A DNA stretch of 64,000 nucleotides from Halieaceae bacterium MED-G27 (GCA_002456975.1 NTKA01000005.1:7062-71061); one strand, 5' to 3'. Positions 39,377 through 49,958 are shown, counted from the stretch's first letter. Notes: generated from the letters alone by a model not told the origin. Made by a program: numbers and translations.

Positions 39377-41503
39377 CTATATTCGCGCTCGAAGTGTGAC
39401 GGGTACGCCGTTCACGGCGGCGTTGCCAGAGAGCTGATCGACGAACTGCTCATCGGTAATATCATTACAGCTGACGCCCGCGTACTGATTGGCCACCCCC
39501 GAGCGGGTGCCCGCTAGTCCGTGTCCATAGCCATGAGGCAGGCTCACGACTCCCGGCATCATTTCGTCTGAGAGCTTAATTTCACTCTCGACAGTCCCGA
39601 CTCGGCTTTGAATGGTCACCGTGGTGCCGTTGTTCCAGCCTTCGCGTTCCGCGTCGTCAGGGTGAATCAGTAATTGGCAGCGGGCTTTGCCTTTCATCAG
39701 CCGATGGGAGTTGTGCATCCAGGAATTATTGTCCCTGACATGGCGTCGCCCGATGAGTCGATAGGGTGCATCCTCAGTGTCGGTAGCCTCAACAAAGCGA
39801 GTGATGTCATTGAGTACCTCTGGAATCGAGAGACGGATTCGCTTGCCTGGCGTTTTTAAACGGTTAGGACACGAGGGCTCCAAGGCCCCTAGGTCGACCC
39901 CCGAGGGGTTGGCTTTTAGTTTGTCGATGGAGAGTTGCCACTCGCTGTCACTGCCGTAGGGGCCAGCTTTGAGAGCGGCGTCAACAAGCTTATGCGGTGC
40001 GTGGTGAGGCACCGGATCGAGGTCCAATCGCTGCGCTAAGCGATCACCGAGTTCAGCAAAAATTTCCCAGTCGTGAAGCGAGTCCTCCGGGTTATCGAAA
40101 ATCGCCGGGTTATACCGCGCGGTATTTCTGATTGCCAGATTGTGAAAGCCGATGTCGTAGTGATCATGTTCTAGTGGTGAGGTTGGTGGCAGAATCACGT
40201 CGGCATGGCGCGTGGTTTCGTTGAGCGCGGGATCGACCGAAATCATGAAATCGATTGTCTCTAAGGCTCCATCGAGAGCACGGCCATTGGGAGTCGATAA
40301 TACCGGGTTGCCGGCACCGGTGAACATGAGGCGGATTTGCCCCTCGCCTGGGGTGGTTATCTCCTCCACCATCGTTGCAGCCGGCAATTCATAGTTAAAC
40401 TCAGGCAGTCCCCGGCCACGACTCCGAAAACGATCGAAGCCTCCGGGGCTACTATTAACGATCTGATCCATCGCCGGTTTGGTGAATAGACTACCGCCCG
40501 ATTTATCGAAATTGCCGGTAATGACATTGATGACTTGGATGGCCCATTGGCAAAGCGCACCGTAAGCCTGAGTACTGACGCCCATGCGGCCGTAACAGAT
40601 CGCGGTTTCAGCATCGGCAAGCTCGTGTGCGATGCGTTCAATATCGGAAGCCTCTATCCCTGTAGCCTTGCTTGCCCACTGGGGCGATAGCGGCTGTACC
40701 GCATTGTGCACATCCTCCAGCCCATCCGTGAATTCGGCGAGTTTTCCTGGAGCGACTCGATTATCGCGGAACAATACGTGGATGAGCGCAAGCAAAAATG
40801 CGGCGTCGGATCCGGGTTTGATAAACAGATGCTCGCTTGCCAGTTCGGCAGTTTCGGTTCGCCTAGGATCAACCACTACCAGTTTGCCGCCTCGCGCAGT
40901 CAGTGCTTTCAGGCGCCGGCGCACATCGGGTACTGTCCAAATCGAGCCATTGGACGCTATGGGATTTGCGCCCAGCATCAAGAAGTAGTGCGTTCGGTCA
41001 ACGTCTGGAATTGGGTGCAACAGCATATGCCCGAAACACCACATGGAGATAAGGTGATGGGGAAGCTGATCGACCGAGGTGGCGGAGAATCGATTTCGGG
41101 TTCTGATGTGACGAAAGAGGTTCTTCTGATGGGTCAGCATCCCGTAGTTATGGACCGATGGGTTACCGAAGTAGGCGCCAACCGCATCGACACCGTGTGT
41201 CTGTATTGTTTTGGCGAGGGCATCGGCCGCTAGATCGAGCGCTTCAGACCACTCGATTTCGACGTGTTCATAGTGACCCGCTTTCGATCGTATTCGCTTG
41301 AGGGGTTTGCGTAATCGATCCGGGTCCTCATGGATGTCCTTGAGCGCTACCGATTTGGGACAGACGTGTCCTCGACTCAAGGGGTCATTTTTGTCGCCGC
41401 GGATATCGACGACGGTATCGCCCTCGGTCTTGATCACTAAGCCGCACATGGCCTCACACAGGTGGCAGACACGATGATGAGTAGTGATCTCTGGTTTAGT
41501 CAT
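39377..41503 (-). CDS. Molybdopterin oxidoreductase (4Fe-4S, bis-MGD family)
   Basis: CHLCEAMC..C; GANP; VVDPRRT; GAGNP; NSWMHN; HPDDA; LPHGYG; no TAT signal. Confidence 0.92.
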   Translation of the reverse strand: MTKPEITTHHRVCHLCEAMCGLVIKTEGDTVVDIRGDKNDPLSRGHVCPKSVALKDIHEDPDRLRKPLKRIRSKAGHYEHVEIEWSEALDLAADALAKTIQTHGVDAVGAYFGNPSVHNYGMLTHQKNLFRHIRTRNRFSATSVDQLPHHLISMWCFGHMLLHPIPDVDRTHYFLMLGANPIASNGSIWTVPDVRRRLKALTARGGKLVVVDPRRTETAELASEHLFIKPGSDAAFLLALIHVLFRDNRVAPGKLAEFTDGLEDVHNAVQPLSPQWASKATGIEASDIERIAHELADAETAICYGRMGVSTQAYGALCQWAIQVINVITGNFDKSGGSLFTKPAMDQIVNSSPGGFDRFRSRGRGLPEFNYELPAATMVEEITTPGEGQIRLMFTGAGNPVLSTPNGRALDGALETIDFMISVDPALNETTRHADVILPPTSPLEHDHYDIGFHNLAIRNTARYNPAIFDNPEDSLHDWEIFAELGDRLAQRLDLDPVPHHAPHKLVDAALKAGPYGSDSEWQLSIDKLKANPSGVDLGALEPSCPNRLKTPGKRIRLSIPEVLNDITRFVEATDTEDAPYRLIGRRHVRDNNSWMHNSHRLMKGKARCQLLIHPDDAEREGWNNGTTVTIQSRVGTVESEIKLSDEMMPGVVSLPHGYGHGLAGTRSGVANQYAGVSCNDITDEQFVDQLSGNAAVNGVPVTLRARI

Positions 41504-41654
41504 GCTGAATGCGCCTCCGTTTCCATCTATTATCAGGTACGTGGCTGAATCAGGGAAGGATGAGGCTGCGCTTAACGTGGATTGGGCATTCGATTAGTCG
41601 CGGTTAGGTCGACTTAATTCAACAACTCACGAATGAGTAGAGGCAAGGTGAGGC

Positions 41655-41837
41655 ATGCGAGGTTTTGCGGAGTTAACGACTGAGGAGTTGCTGCAACTGC
41701 TACTGCTCACTCTCGTGTTGTGGGTGCTCGTTGGTACGAGATTTCGCAGTTTTCGATTTTGGTCCGCTAAGAAAAAGGCAGACTATTCTCCGAGAGACGA
41801 GCGCGACGATCAGAAAAGAGTCAAACGAGGGAATTAG
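41655..41837 (+). CDS. Small single-pass membrane protein (60 aa)
   Basis: Purine-rich upstream region; one hydrophobic helix then a charged tail; hairpin plus T-run directly after the stop. Confidence 0.5.
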   Translation: MRGFAELTTEELLQLLLLTLVLWVLVGTRFRSFRFWSAKKKADYSPRDERDDQKRVKRGN

Positions 41838-41920
41838 CTGGGGGCGGTACCGCTCGTTTTCATCAGATGCCGCTCGGCTAGGATCACAGAACATCGGACG
41901 GTGTCTGCTACTGTCAAGGG

Positions 41921-43261
41921 CTAGGGTGTTGGCGCCTCTTCCTCTACTCCAATCCAACGCTGGGTCATCGTGCCCGCAGTTATGGACCCACTTACGTTGA
42001 GTGCTGTTCGTGCCATATCAATCAATGGCTCGATCGAAATCAGTAGCGCAACCAAGGTAACTGGTAACCCCATGGTTGGTAACACGACGAGGGCAGCAAA
42101 AGTCGCACCGCCGCCAACACCCGCGATACCAAATGAGCTCAATGTCACCACCAAAAGCAGCATCAAGAAAAACGAAGGTGCTAGGGGGTCTATACCCACA
42201 GTGGGTGCGATCATTACTGCGAGCATTGCTGGATAAATGCCAGCACACCCGTTTTGACCTATGGTGGCTCCGAAGCTTGCAGCAAAGCTCGCGATACTAG
42301 GATGATTACCGAGCTCCTTAACCTGAGTATCGATACTCATCGGTATCGCCGCCGCTGATGAACGGGAGGTGAAGGAGAAGATGAGCACGGGGAGGATTCG
42401 TTTGAAATAGTTGATGGGAGACATACCACTAAGCGATATCAGCAGGGCATGGACACCGATCATAATAAAAATAGCCGCGTATGAGACCACAATAAACTCA
42501 AATAAATTGAGTATGTCAGCACTGTCCGATGTGGCCGCCATCTTTGTCATCAACGCGAGTACACCGTAAGGTGTCAGCGATATTACCAGCTTCACGAGGT
42601 GCATAATCCACTCCTCGGCAAGCTCAACACCTCCTTTGAGCGCTGCGCCATGCTCGGGTGATAATGCATTCAGACGAAGCCCGGCGACTCCAAGGAAAAT
42701 TGAGAAAATGACGACTGCTATCACTGATGTCGAACGCGAGCCCGAGAGATCGGCAAATATGTTGGTCGGCAGAAAACTCAGTAACAGTGACGGAACACTT
42801 AAGTCAGCGATTTGATTTTGCTTTTCAGCGACCGCCATGGCGCGCGCAAGTTCACGCTCACCCTCGACCAACCCCTCGGCAGACAGGTTAAAGCCTGCCG
42901 CCAATCCTGCACCGATCGCGGCGGCTATTGTGGTCGTGATCAGCAATATGCCTATGATGCTCCCGCCCAGTCGGCCAAGTGCTGCCAGTTGCTCTAAACG
43001 CAACACAGCTGCAGTCATGACCACAATGATGAGCGGCATAATGATCATTTTGAGAAGGCTGACGTACGCCGAGCCAATTAAATTGACCCAGTCGACAACC
43101 GTTGTCAGCGTTTCCGCTGCTAACAGCCACTGAAGTCCGGATCCAAAAACGATACCCAATCCTAAGCCAATGAAGACCCTGCTCGATAGGGACATGTCTT
43201 TTCTCGATAAGGACGCAAGTCCTGCGAGAAGCGCGACAAAAATAAGCAGTGAAAACAACAC
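41921..43261 (-). CDS. tcyP: DAACS family symporter, L-cystine transporter TcyP-like
   Basis: FTSRSSAA, ATIGQNGCAG, GVGGGATFA, EPLIDMARTALNV. Confidence 0.88.
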   Translation of the reverse strand: MLFSLLIFVALLAGLASLSRKDMSLSSRVFIGLGLGIVFGSGLQWLLAAETLTTVVDWVNLIGSAYVSLLKMIIMPLIIVVMTAAVLRLEQLAALGRLGGSIIGILLITTTIAAAIGAGLAAGFNLSAEGLVEGERELARAMAVAEKQNQIADLSVPSLLLSFLPTNIFADLSGSRSTSVIAVVIFSIFLGVAGLRLNALSPEHGAALKGGVELAEEWIMHLVKLVISLTPYGVLALMTKMAATSDSADILNLFEFIVVSYAAIFIMIGVHALLISLSGMSPINYFKRILPVLIFSFTSRSSAAAIPMSIDTQVKELGNHPSIASFAASFGATIGQNGCAGIYPAMLAVMIAPTVGIDPLAPSFFLMLLLVVTLSSFGIAGVGGGATFAALVVLPTMGLPVTLVALLISIEPLIDMARTALNVSGSITAGTMTQRWIGVEEEAPTP

Positions 43262-43523
43262 GTTAAATCTCCCCAGAGAATTAGTCTTCTACAGTGGGTT
43301 GGTGTGGAGTCAGTAAAGGCAGGCCTAGGCAAAGCCGCATCTCTTCTCCTTCGATGTGGTGTTATTGTATCAACTCTGCTACGCCAACATAAGCGCAGCG
43401 AAGCCGATAAGCGTCGAAACAATGAGCAAAACACGATCAGACGGCTTTGTTACCAACTACGGACAGGTGTTTTACTAGCTAGCGGCTCGCGTTTGGTACG
43501 ATGTGCATTGCGAAAAAGGTGGG

Positions 43524-43600
43524 TGGTAGCTACGGGTGGACTTGAACCACCGACCCCAGCATTATGAATGCTGTGCTCTAACCAGCTGAGCTACGTAGCC
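43524..43600 (-). tRNA. tRNA-Met (CAT), elongator type
   Basis: GGCTACGTAGCTCAGCTGGTTAGAGCACAGCATTCATAATGCTGGGGTCGGTGGTTCAAGTCCACCCGTAGCTACCA, 77 nt. Confidence 0.96.
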
Positions 43601-43612
43601 ACAAGGGCGCGT

Positions 43613-43641
43613 AGTTTGTCGGGAATCGTGATTTAGGTCAA
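43613..43641 (-). promoter_or_regulatory. Probable sigma70 promoter of tRNA-Met
   Basis: TTGACC-17 bp-CAAACT followed by a GC-rich discriminator. Confidence 0.55.
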
Positions 43642-43715
43642 CGGTCAGTTGCTGTCTTTAAGGGCTTTTTCCCACTAGTCTTTACCCATGCCCTGTATCG
43701 GTGTGTGCGCTGAGA

Positions 43716-45005
43716 ATGTTCGCGAGTGTAAGACGACTATTTGCCGCTTCTAAGCTTAAGCCTTCCGTTTCTGACGTTAGGAAGCATAAGGATTTCTCGC
43801 ACCTGTCAGACGTCCAATTGGCGAAGTTAGTGCGCTTAGCAAAACTCAGGAAACTGGCAGTTGGTGAGGTTATTACTATGTCGACTGCGGGAGACGCGAG
43901 GCGTTATCTCTTTAAGGGCAAAGTCAGAGTTCGCTCGGCCAAGCATGAATTTATTTTGGATATTCAAGGTGCATCAGAAGGTCTGCCCTCCCTAGACGAA
44001 TTATTGGCAGAATCGGTTCGTATAGAGTGCCTGACACCCGCGTTCGTACCTGCCATGCCAACTGCTCTCATTGGTGTCTCTCATGAGGTGGGGTTAGATG
44101 ACTGGGTAGAGACGCCTGATGAGCTGGCTGTGGATGATCTCAGCCTGGATTTAGTGAGTGAGCTCCAAGGTTCACTGGCTCGCGAGATTATGCGTGATGT
44201 TAAGGAGGAGCGGCTGAACCTGCCCACCATGCCAGAGTTGGGGTTGGCCGTTCGTCGAAAGGCTATGGATCCAAATTCGTCTGCAATTGATTTGACTCGG
44301 ATAATTCAGGTCGATGTCACCATCGCCGCCAAGGTTATACAGATCGCTAATTCGCCTGTTTATGCGGGTTATGAGTCGACCAAAACCCTGAATGAAGCGA
44401 TAGCGAGGATGGGCATGATGGCTGTCCAGGATGTCGTTACCGCCTTAACTATCAAGCAGTTATTCGTCACAAAACAGCCGAGACTTCGACGAAGAATGCG
44501 AAATTTATGGGAGCACAGTACTCGGGTTGCGGCCGGAGCCTCGGTTCTAGCGCGCCACGCCGGCACGGTTGATCCGGAGCAGGCGCTGCTGGCAGGTCTT
44601 GTTCACGATATTGGTGAGCTCGCGATTATTCAGTACGCCAACCAGTCCAATCTTTCTTCTATATCTGATGCTGATCTTGATGTGGCAGTGAAACATCTCA
44701 AGGGCCCACTGGGAGCCATGCTGTTGCGACATTGGGGGCTCGGCGAGGAGTTTGTGGTCGCGGCTCGCTTTGCAGATGAATTCGATAAGCAGACGCCAAA
44801 TGAAATACTGCTATTGGACCTCGTTCAGGTCTCCCAACTCCATGCACAGGCGGGAACCTCGATGGCGCTGTCGCTTCAGGACATAACGCAGATCCCCGCT
44901 ATTAAAAAATTGGGGCTGGCAACCGAGGGGCCTGAGAAGAGTATTTCGCTATTAAGAGAAGCTCGCGCTGAAATCGAGACGGTTCGATTGGCGCTAGCAC
45001 TCTAG
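43716..45005 (+). CDS. HDOD-domain protein with degenerate cNMP-binding-like N-terminus
   Basis: LPTMPE, IQVD..IAAKVIQIANSP.Y, LWEHS, LAGLVHDIG; start uncertain. Confidence 0.85.
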   Translation: MFASVRRLFAASKLKPSVSDVRKHKDFSHLSDVQLAKLVRLAKLRKLAVGEVITMSTAGDARRYLFKGKVRVRSAKHEFILDIQGASEGLPSLDELLAESVRIECLTPAFVPAMPTALIGVSHEVGLDDWVETPDELAVDDLSLDLVSELQGSLAREIMRDVKEERLNLPTMPELGLAVRRKAMDPNSSAIDLTRIIQVDVTIAAKVIQIANSPVYAGYESTKTLNEAIARMGMMAVQDVVTALTIKQLFVTKQPRLRRRMRNLWEHSTRVAAGASVLARHAGTVDPEQALLAGLVHDIGELAIIQYANQSNLSSISDADLDVAVKHLKGPLGAMLLRHWGLGEEFVVAARFADEFDKQTPNEILLLDLVQVSQLHAQAGTSMALSLQDITQIPAIKKLGLATEGPEKSISLLREARAEIETVRLALAL

Positions 45006-45014
45006 TCTTCTAAG

Positions 45015-46109
45015 TTAAACGTTGAATCGGAAGTGGATGACATCACCATCAGCCACGACGTAGTCTTTTCCCTCGAGACGCCATTTGCCGGCATCTTTGG
45101 CACCTGACTCGCCGCGATATTCAATGTAGTGGTCGTAACTAATCACCTCAGCGCGGATGAAGCCTTTCTGGAAGTCAGTGTGAATCACGCCAGCGGCTTC
45201 GGGTGCTGTTGCCCCCACTTTGATAGTCCAGGCGCGGACTTCCTTTGGGCCTGCTGTGAAGTATGTCTGTAAGTTGAGCAGCGCGTAGCCGGCGCGGATG
45301 GTTCGGTCCAGTCCCGACTCCTCGAGTCCTAGATCAGCTAAGAACTCTAATTTCTCATCATCCTCGAGTTCGGCGATTTCAGACTCGAGCTTGTTACAGA
45401 TAGGCACTACCCCAGCGCCCTCAGCACTTGCAGATGCAGCGACGGCATCGAGGTGAGGATTATTTTCAAAGCCATCTTCCGCAACATTCGCGATGTACAT
45501 GGTCGGCTTGATCGTGAGCAAATGAAGGGTTTTTACGATGGCGAGTTCATTGTCATCGAAGTCAAGAGACCGCGCGGGTTTCGCCTCGTTGAGATGGGGT
45601 AGCAATTTATCCTCAAGCAATGCTTTGGTCGCAACAGCCAGCTTGTCGCCGCTCTTGGCTGTACGAACTACTTTTTGCAATTGCTTCTCGCAGCTTTCCA
45701 GATCGGCCAGGGCCAGTTCGGTATTGATGGTATCGATATCGGCAAGCGGGTCGATCTGGTTGGCGACGTGAATGACATTCGGATCATCAAAACAGCGCAC
45801 AACGTGAGCGATGGCGTCTGTCTCTCTGATATTGGCCAGGAATTGGTTGCCCAAGCCCTCGCCTTTGGAGGCACCGGCAACAAGACCTGCAATGTCGACG
45901 AACTCCATCGTTGCAGGGATGAGCTTCTCAGGATTAGCCAAGGCCGCGATGTCTTCTTGTCTCGGGTCAGGGACCGAGACCACGCCAGCGTTAGGCTCAA
46001 TCGTGCAGAACGGGAAGTTTTCCGCGTCGATGCCCGCTTTAGTTAGTGCATTAAAAAGTGTCGATTTACCAACGTTGGGTAAACCGACAATGCCGCATTT
46101 GATACCCAT
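45015..46109 (-). CDS. ychF: Redox-regulated ATPase YchF
   Basis: [29 protein letters not shown]. Confidence 0.98.
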   Translation of the reverse strand: MGIKCGIVGLPNVGKSTLFNALTKAGIDAENFPFCTIEPNAGVVSVPDPRQEDIAALANPEKLIPATMEFVDIAGLVAGASKGEGLGNQFLANIRETDAIAHVVRCFDDPNVIHVANQIDPLADIDTINTELALADLESCEKQLQKVVRTAKSGDKLAVATKALLEDKLLPHLNEAKPARSLDFDDNELAIVKTLHLLTIKPTMYIANVAEDGFENNPHLDAVAASASAEGAGVVPICNKLESEIAELEDDEKLEFLADLGLEESGLDRTIRAGYALLNLQTYFTAGPKEVRAWTIKVGATAPEAAGVIHTDFQKGFIRAEVISYDHYIEYRGESGAKDAGKWRLEGKDYVVADGDVIHFRFNV

Positions 46110-46112
46110 AGT

Positions 46113-46718
46113 TTAAAGTCCGTCCGCAGGCGCTTGCGTCCTGTCGCTGCTGTGTAATTGAGTCATTGCCTTGATGCCGTCCCCGGCGAGTAGCAGTTCT
46201 GAGGCTAATATTGCCTCGTCAATCGAATAATCAATCAGTGCCTGTTCGTTTTTACCGGCTTTACTCAGTACCCATCGAGATACTTGTTTTGCAGATCCCG
46301 GGTGCCCGATACCGATCCGCAGGCGCCAGAAGTCGGCAGTTCCCAGTGCGGGGATGATATCTCGCAAGCCATTGTGGCCACCGTGCCCACCACCATCTTT
46401 AAATCGCGAGCTACCCGGAGGGATGTCGAGTTCGTCGTGCGCGATCAGCAACGATGCTGCCTCAATATCGAAGTAACGGCTAGCAAGTGCCACAGAGCGT
46501 CCACTGTTATTCATGTAGGTGTCTGGTACCAGCAAACGCACGTCTTGCCCAAATACTTGTCCACGCCCAAGCCGCCCAGCGACCTTCTTCTCGGGCGCTA
46601 GGGTGATGTTGTGTCGTGTGGCAAGCGTATCAACAAAGTCGGCACCCGCGTTGTGACGGGTGCCGACGTATTCAGGACCAGGATTGCCCAGACCGACAAT
46701 TAGCCGAATGCTGGGCAT
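46113..46718 (-). CDS. pth: Peptidyl-tRNA hydrolase
   Basis: GLGNPG..TRHN, HDELD, GHGGHNGL. Confidence 0.97.
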   Translation of the reverse strand: MPSIRLIVGLGNPGPEYVGTRHNAGADFVDTLATRHNITLAPEKKVAGRLGRGQVFGQDVRLLVPDTYMNNSGRSVALASRYFDIEAASLLIAHDELDIPPGSSRFKDGGGHGGHNGLRDIIPALGTADFWRLRIGIGHPGSAKQVSRWVLSKAGKNEQALIDYSIDEAILASELLLAGDGIKAMTQLHSSDRTQAPADGL

Positions 46719-46724
46719 GACTGC

Positions 46725-47396
46725 TTATTCGTCGTCTGAAGACTCAGAGTCCGAATCGCCAGCGTCGCTCTCGGATTCGTCAGTCGAGTCTGCATCCGAT
46801 CCCTGCGCTCCGCCCCGCGGTGCTAATACTTGAGCCACGCCGTCATCGCGGTCGCTACCCAATGCTAGCGCGGTCGAACTCACGCCTTCGGGGAATGGCA
46901 GATCTGAGATGTGGACAATCTGCCCGACCTCGATCGCACCCATATCCACTTCGATGTAATCCGGCAGATCCTTTGGCAGGCTTAATACCTCAACTTCGTT
47001 TAGAAGGTGCTGGATTCGACCGCCACCCAACTTGACACCCACGCAGGTCTCTTCATTGGTGAAGTGAATAGGAATTGATACCTTGATTGGCTTATTCGCC
47101 TGCACTCGGAAGAAATCAGCATGCATCGGGTAGTCTTTGGCAGGGTGACGTTGCAGATCCTTGAGAATGGCTTGGTCTTCCTTGCCGTCGTAATTGACCG
47201 TGATAATCGCTGAGTAAAACGCTTCAGATTCCAACTGCTTCTCTAGATCTTTACGGATCAGTGAAAGGCTGACAGGTGGTTGGTCTCCGCCATAAATAAT
47301 GGCGGGTATTTTTGCTTCGAGTCGACGGAGGCGGCGGCTCGCACCTTTCCCTTCATCACTACGAAGCTCGGCTTCTACTACAAAAGTGTCAGACAT
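46725..47396 (-). CDS. rplY: 50S ribosomal protein L25/Ctc
   Basis: GKGASRRLR, PAIIYGG, QRHP..HADF; long form with acidic tail; AAGGAG SD. Confidence 0.96.
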   Translation of the reverse strand: MSDTFVVEAELRSDEGKGASRRLRRLEAKIPAIIYGGDQPPVSLSLIRKDLEKQLESEAFYSAIITVNYDGKEDQAILKDLQRHPAKDYPMHADFFRVQANKPIKVSIPIHFTNEETCVGVKLGGGRIQHLLNEVEVLSLPKDLPDYIEVDMGAIEVGQIVHISDLPFPEGVSSTALALGSDRDDGVAQVLAPRGGAQGSDADSTDESESDAGDSDSESSDDE

Positions 47397-47415
47397 AGTC
47401 TGTCTCCTTTGAAAA

Positions 47416-47452
47416 ACACCCATAGACTTGCGACCGGCCTACAGGTGGGTGG
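47416..47452 (-). promoter_or_regulatory. Putative L25 autoregulatory leader hairpin
   Basis: Minus strand ACCCA..TAGGC-CGGTCGCAA-GTCTA.TGGGT just before the rplY SD; a GGUCGC loop is typical of gammaproteobacterial rplY leaders. Confidence 0.55.
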
Positions 47453-47465
47453 GTTATGCCCTGAA

Positions 47466-48416
47466 TTAACTATCAAACAGGGCGCTAATGGATTCTTCGT
47501 TACTGACGCGCCTGATGGATTCCGCCAGCAAATCAGCAATGGTTAGTTGCCTGATCTTAGAAATGCTTTGAGCTTCTTGAGACAGTGGGATGGTATCGGT
47601 CACCACCAGCTCGTCGAGTTCGGATTGTCTGATATTCTCGAGCGCCTTACCTGACAAGACTGCGTGCGTGCTGTATGCAACAACTTTCTTGGCACCGCGC
47701 TCTTTCAGCGCATTCGCGGCGGCGCAGAGAGTGCCCGCCGTATCCACCATGTCATCGACTAGCAAGGCTGTTCGCCCTTCAACATCGCCGATCAGATTCA
47801 TGACTTCGGATTCATTGGCGCGCGGTCTACGTTTATCAACGATTGCTAGCTCGGCATCGTCTAATTGCTTTGCAATGGCGCGTGCTCGGACAACGCCCCC
47901 AATATCGGGAGATACCACAATGACGTCGTCGTACTTCGCTTGCTCTATCCCGGCATTGAGGACTGGCGATGCGTAGACGTTGTCCACAGGACAGGTAAAA
48001 AAACCTTGGATCTGCTCCGCATGCAGATCGACAGTGAGGACACGGTCAACCCCAACACTAACCATCATGTCAGCCACTACCTTGGCAGAAATAGGAACCC
48101 GGGCTGAGCGGACACGCCTGTCCTGACGCGAGTACCCAAAATATGGCACCACTGCGGTGATGCGCGCTGCTGAGGCGCGGCGGAGAGAATCAATAATCAG
48201 GAGCAACTCCATGAGATTATCGTTGGTTGGTTCGCAGGTACTCTGGAGTACAAAGACGTCCTTACCACGGACGTTTTCATTGAGCTCGACAGTAATTTCG
48301 CCATCAGAAAACTTACCGACATTGGCGCTACCCAGACCCAAATAAAGGCGATCTGCTACTTTGCGCGCTAGCTCCGGGTTTGAGTTGCCCGTGAAAACCA
48401 TCATTTTGGAGGACAT
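47466..48416 (-). CDS. prs: Ribose-phosphate pyrophosphokinase
   Basis: [33 protein letters not shown]. Confidence 0.98.
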   Translation of the reverse strand: MSSKMMVFTGNSNPELARKVADRLYLGLGSANVGKFSDGEITVELNENVRGKDVFVLQSTCEPTNDNLMELLLIIDSLRRASAARITAVVPYFGYSRQDRRVRSARVPISAKVVADMMVSVGVDRVLTVDLHAEQIQGFFTCPVDNVYASPVLNAGIEQAKYDDVIVVSPDIGGVVRARAIAKQLDDAELAIVDKRRPRANESEVMNLIGDVEGRTALLVDDMVDTAGTLCAAANALKERGAKKVVAYSTHAVLSGKALENIRQSELDELVVTDTIPLSQEAQSISKIRQLTIADLLAESIRRVSNEESISALFDS

Positions 48417-48441
48417 GAATGGGCCCTGCCTTATATAAAGG

Positions 48442-48516
48442 TGGCTGGGGCGGGAGGATTCGAACCTCCGAATGGCGGGATCAAAACCCGCTGCCTTGCC
48501 GCTTGGCGACGCCCCA
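48442..48516 (-). tRNA. tRNA-Gln (TTG)
   Basis: TGGGGCGTCGCCAAGCGGCAAGGCAGCGGGTTTTGATCCCGCCATTCGGAGGTTCGAATCCTCCCGCCCCAGCCA, 75 nt, in the ispE-prs slot. Confidence 0.96.
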
Positions 48517-48520
48517 ATAA

Positions 48521-49348
48521 TTAGTGATGCACCATGCCGGGGTGCTTGTTAATTCCTTTTGCCACAAAGGCGCTTACCGTCTCCGGCGCCAACCTGGCAA
48601 TTCGCTCTGCTTCGCTTTGCGACTCATAGCTCGCAAAGACACAAGCGCCGCTACCCGTCATCATCGCACTTCCGTGTTTACGAAGCCATTTAAGCGCGTG
48701 TCGGACCTCCGGATACCGCGATTCGACCGCCGCTTGAAGATCGTTCTTCACGTGCCCCGCGAAAAAGGCCGACACTGTAATTGGCGCGGTATTGCGTGTC
48801 AATTCTGGGGCACGAAAGATTTCAGCTGTGGCGACGTGACAGTTGGGTTTCAGGATGACAAACCATCGCGACGGAAGCGCTATCGGGGTTATTTCCTCGC
48901 CGATACCCTCTGCCCAGCAGGAGTATCCACGAACGAAGACCGGTACGTCGGCTCCAAGCGTCTCACCAAGCTTGGCGAGTGTGTCGATATCGTGATCGAG
49001 CTTCCATAGTTTGTTTAAGGCCAATAAGGTCATTGCTGCGTTGCTGCTACCACCCCCTAACCCGCCGCCCATTGGTATCTGCTTGAACAGATCGATGGTC
49101 GCTCCAAATTGCTGCTCTGGATCAAGTGCCCTCGCCGCTTTTATTATGAGATTGTCGTCGTTTGGAACGTCTTCTAACGCTGTTGTCAGCAAAATTCCCG
49201 GCGATGCTTGGACTTCAAAACTCAATCGATCGCCCCAGTCGAGTAACTGAAAAACGGTCTGAAGCGTGTGATATCCATCATCACGCTGCCCGGTCACGTG
49301 CAGAAAAAGATTGAGTTTTGCGGGACTCAAAACCTCAATGCTACTCAT
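48521..49348 (-). CDS. ispE: 4-diphosphocytidyl-2-C-methyl-D-erythritol kinase
   Basis: [33 protein letters not shown]. Confidence 0.96.
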   Translation of the reverse strand: MSSIEVLSPAKLNLFLHVTGQRDDGYHTLQTVFQLLDWGDRLSFEVQASPGILLTTALEDVPNDDNLIIKAARALDPEQQFGATIDLFKQIPMGGGLGGGSSNAAMTLLALNKLWKLDHDIDTLAKLGETLGADVPVFVRGYSCWAEGIGEEITPIALPSRWFVILKPNCHVATAEIFRAPELTRNTAPITVSAFFAGHVKNDLQAAVESRYPEVRHALKWLRKHGSAMMTGSGACVFASYESQSEAERIARLAPETVSAFVAKGINKHPGMVHH

Positions 49349-49958
49349 TGTCGCCATCCCTAGAGTGCATAAGTTGCCATCGGGATATCGCAATTTTTAA
49401 GGTGGTATTACCGATGGTTGCGTCGATTCTTCTGGGTACAGTGGACTCGCCGATGGTCTGCCATTGGGCCACCTGTAAGACGATGCCGGGGGAGTTAGCG
49501 ACTTGCCCGCTGAGCATTTGATACCAGAGGCTCGCAGGGGTTTGACTCGCAAGCGCTGTAAAGCTCGAGGCATTTGAGTTCGGCGCTATTGTCAGTGATT
49601 GACCCGTTGATTCGTCCAGCAATTGATCCTTGAGACGAATAACAGCGGTCGCTCCGAGGTTCAGTGGTCCACTCAATAGGACTCGGTCCTCGTCGGTGTT
49701 GATATGCTCCCAGGTGAATCTAAGTGTCGTAGAGTCGGTCGGGGTTTTTATAAACAAGCGCCCGGTTGCCGTCCAGGGAGCTTCGATGGTGCTGTGGTCT
49801 GTTGCTCCCTGATAGGTATCGTTTTTTTGCTCAAAATCTACCGTTGTACAACCGATCAGTAGGCAAGTGATTATGAAAACGCCAGCTCGAAAAGCGATGC
49901 TAGCCCTGGTGATGATCCTGTTAAGGGAGAGGGATATCAAGACGGGCCGCCGTGTCAA
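49341..49958 (-). CDS. lolB: Outer-membrane lipoprotein insertion protein LolB (divergent)
   Basis: Lipobox LIGC; W..GR..F.W..LSGPL; position between the TPR gene and ispE; start uncertain. Confidence 0.75.
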   Translation of the reverse strand: MTRRPVLISLSLNRIITRASIAFRAGVFIITCLLIGCTTVDFEQKNDTYQGATDHSTIEAPWTATGRLFIKTPTDSTTLRFTWEHINTDEDRVLLSGPLNLGATAVIRLKDQLLDESTGQSLTIAPNSNASSFTALASQTPASLWYQMLSGQVANSPGIVLQVAQWQTIGESTVPRRIDATIGNTTLKIAISRWQLMHSRDGDNE

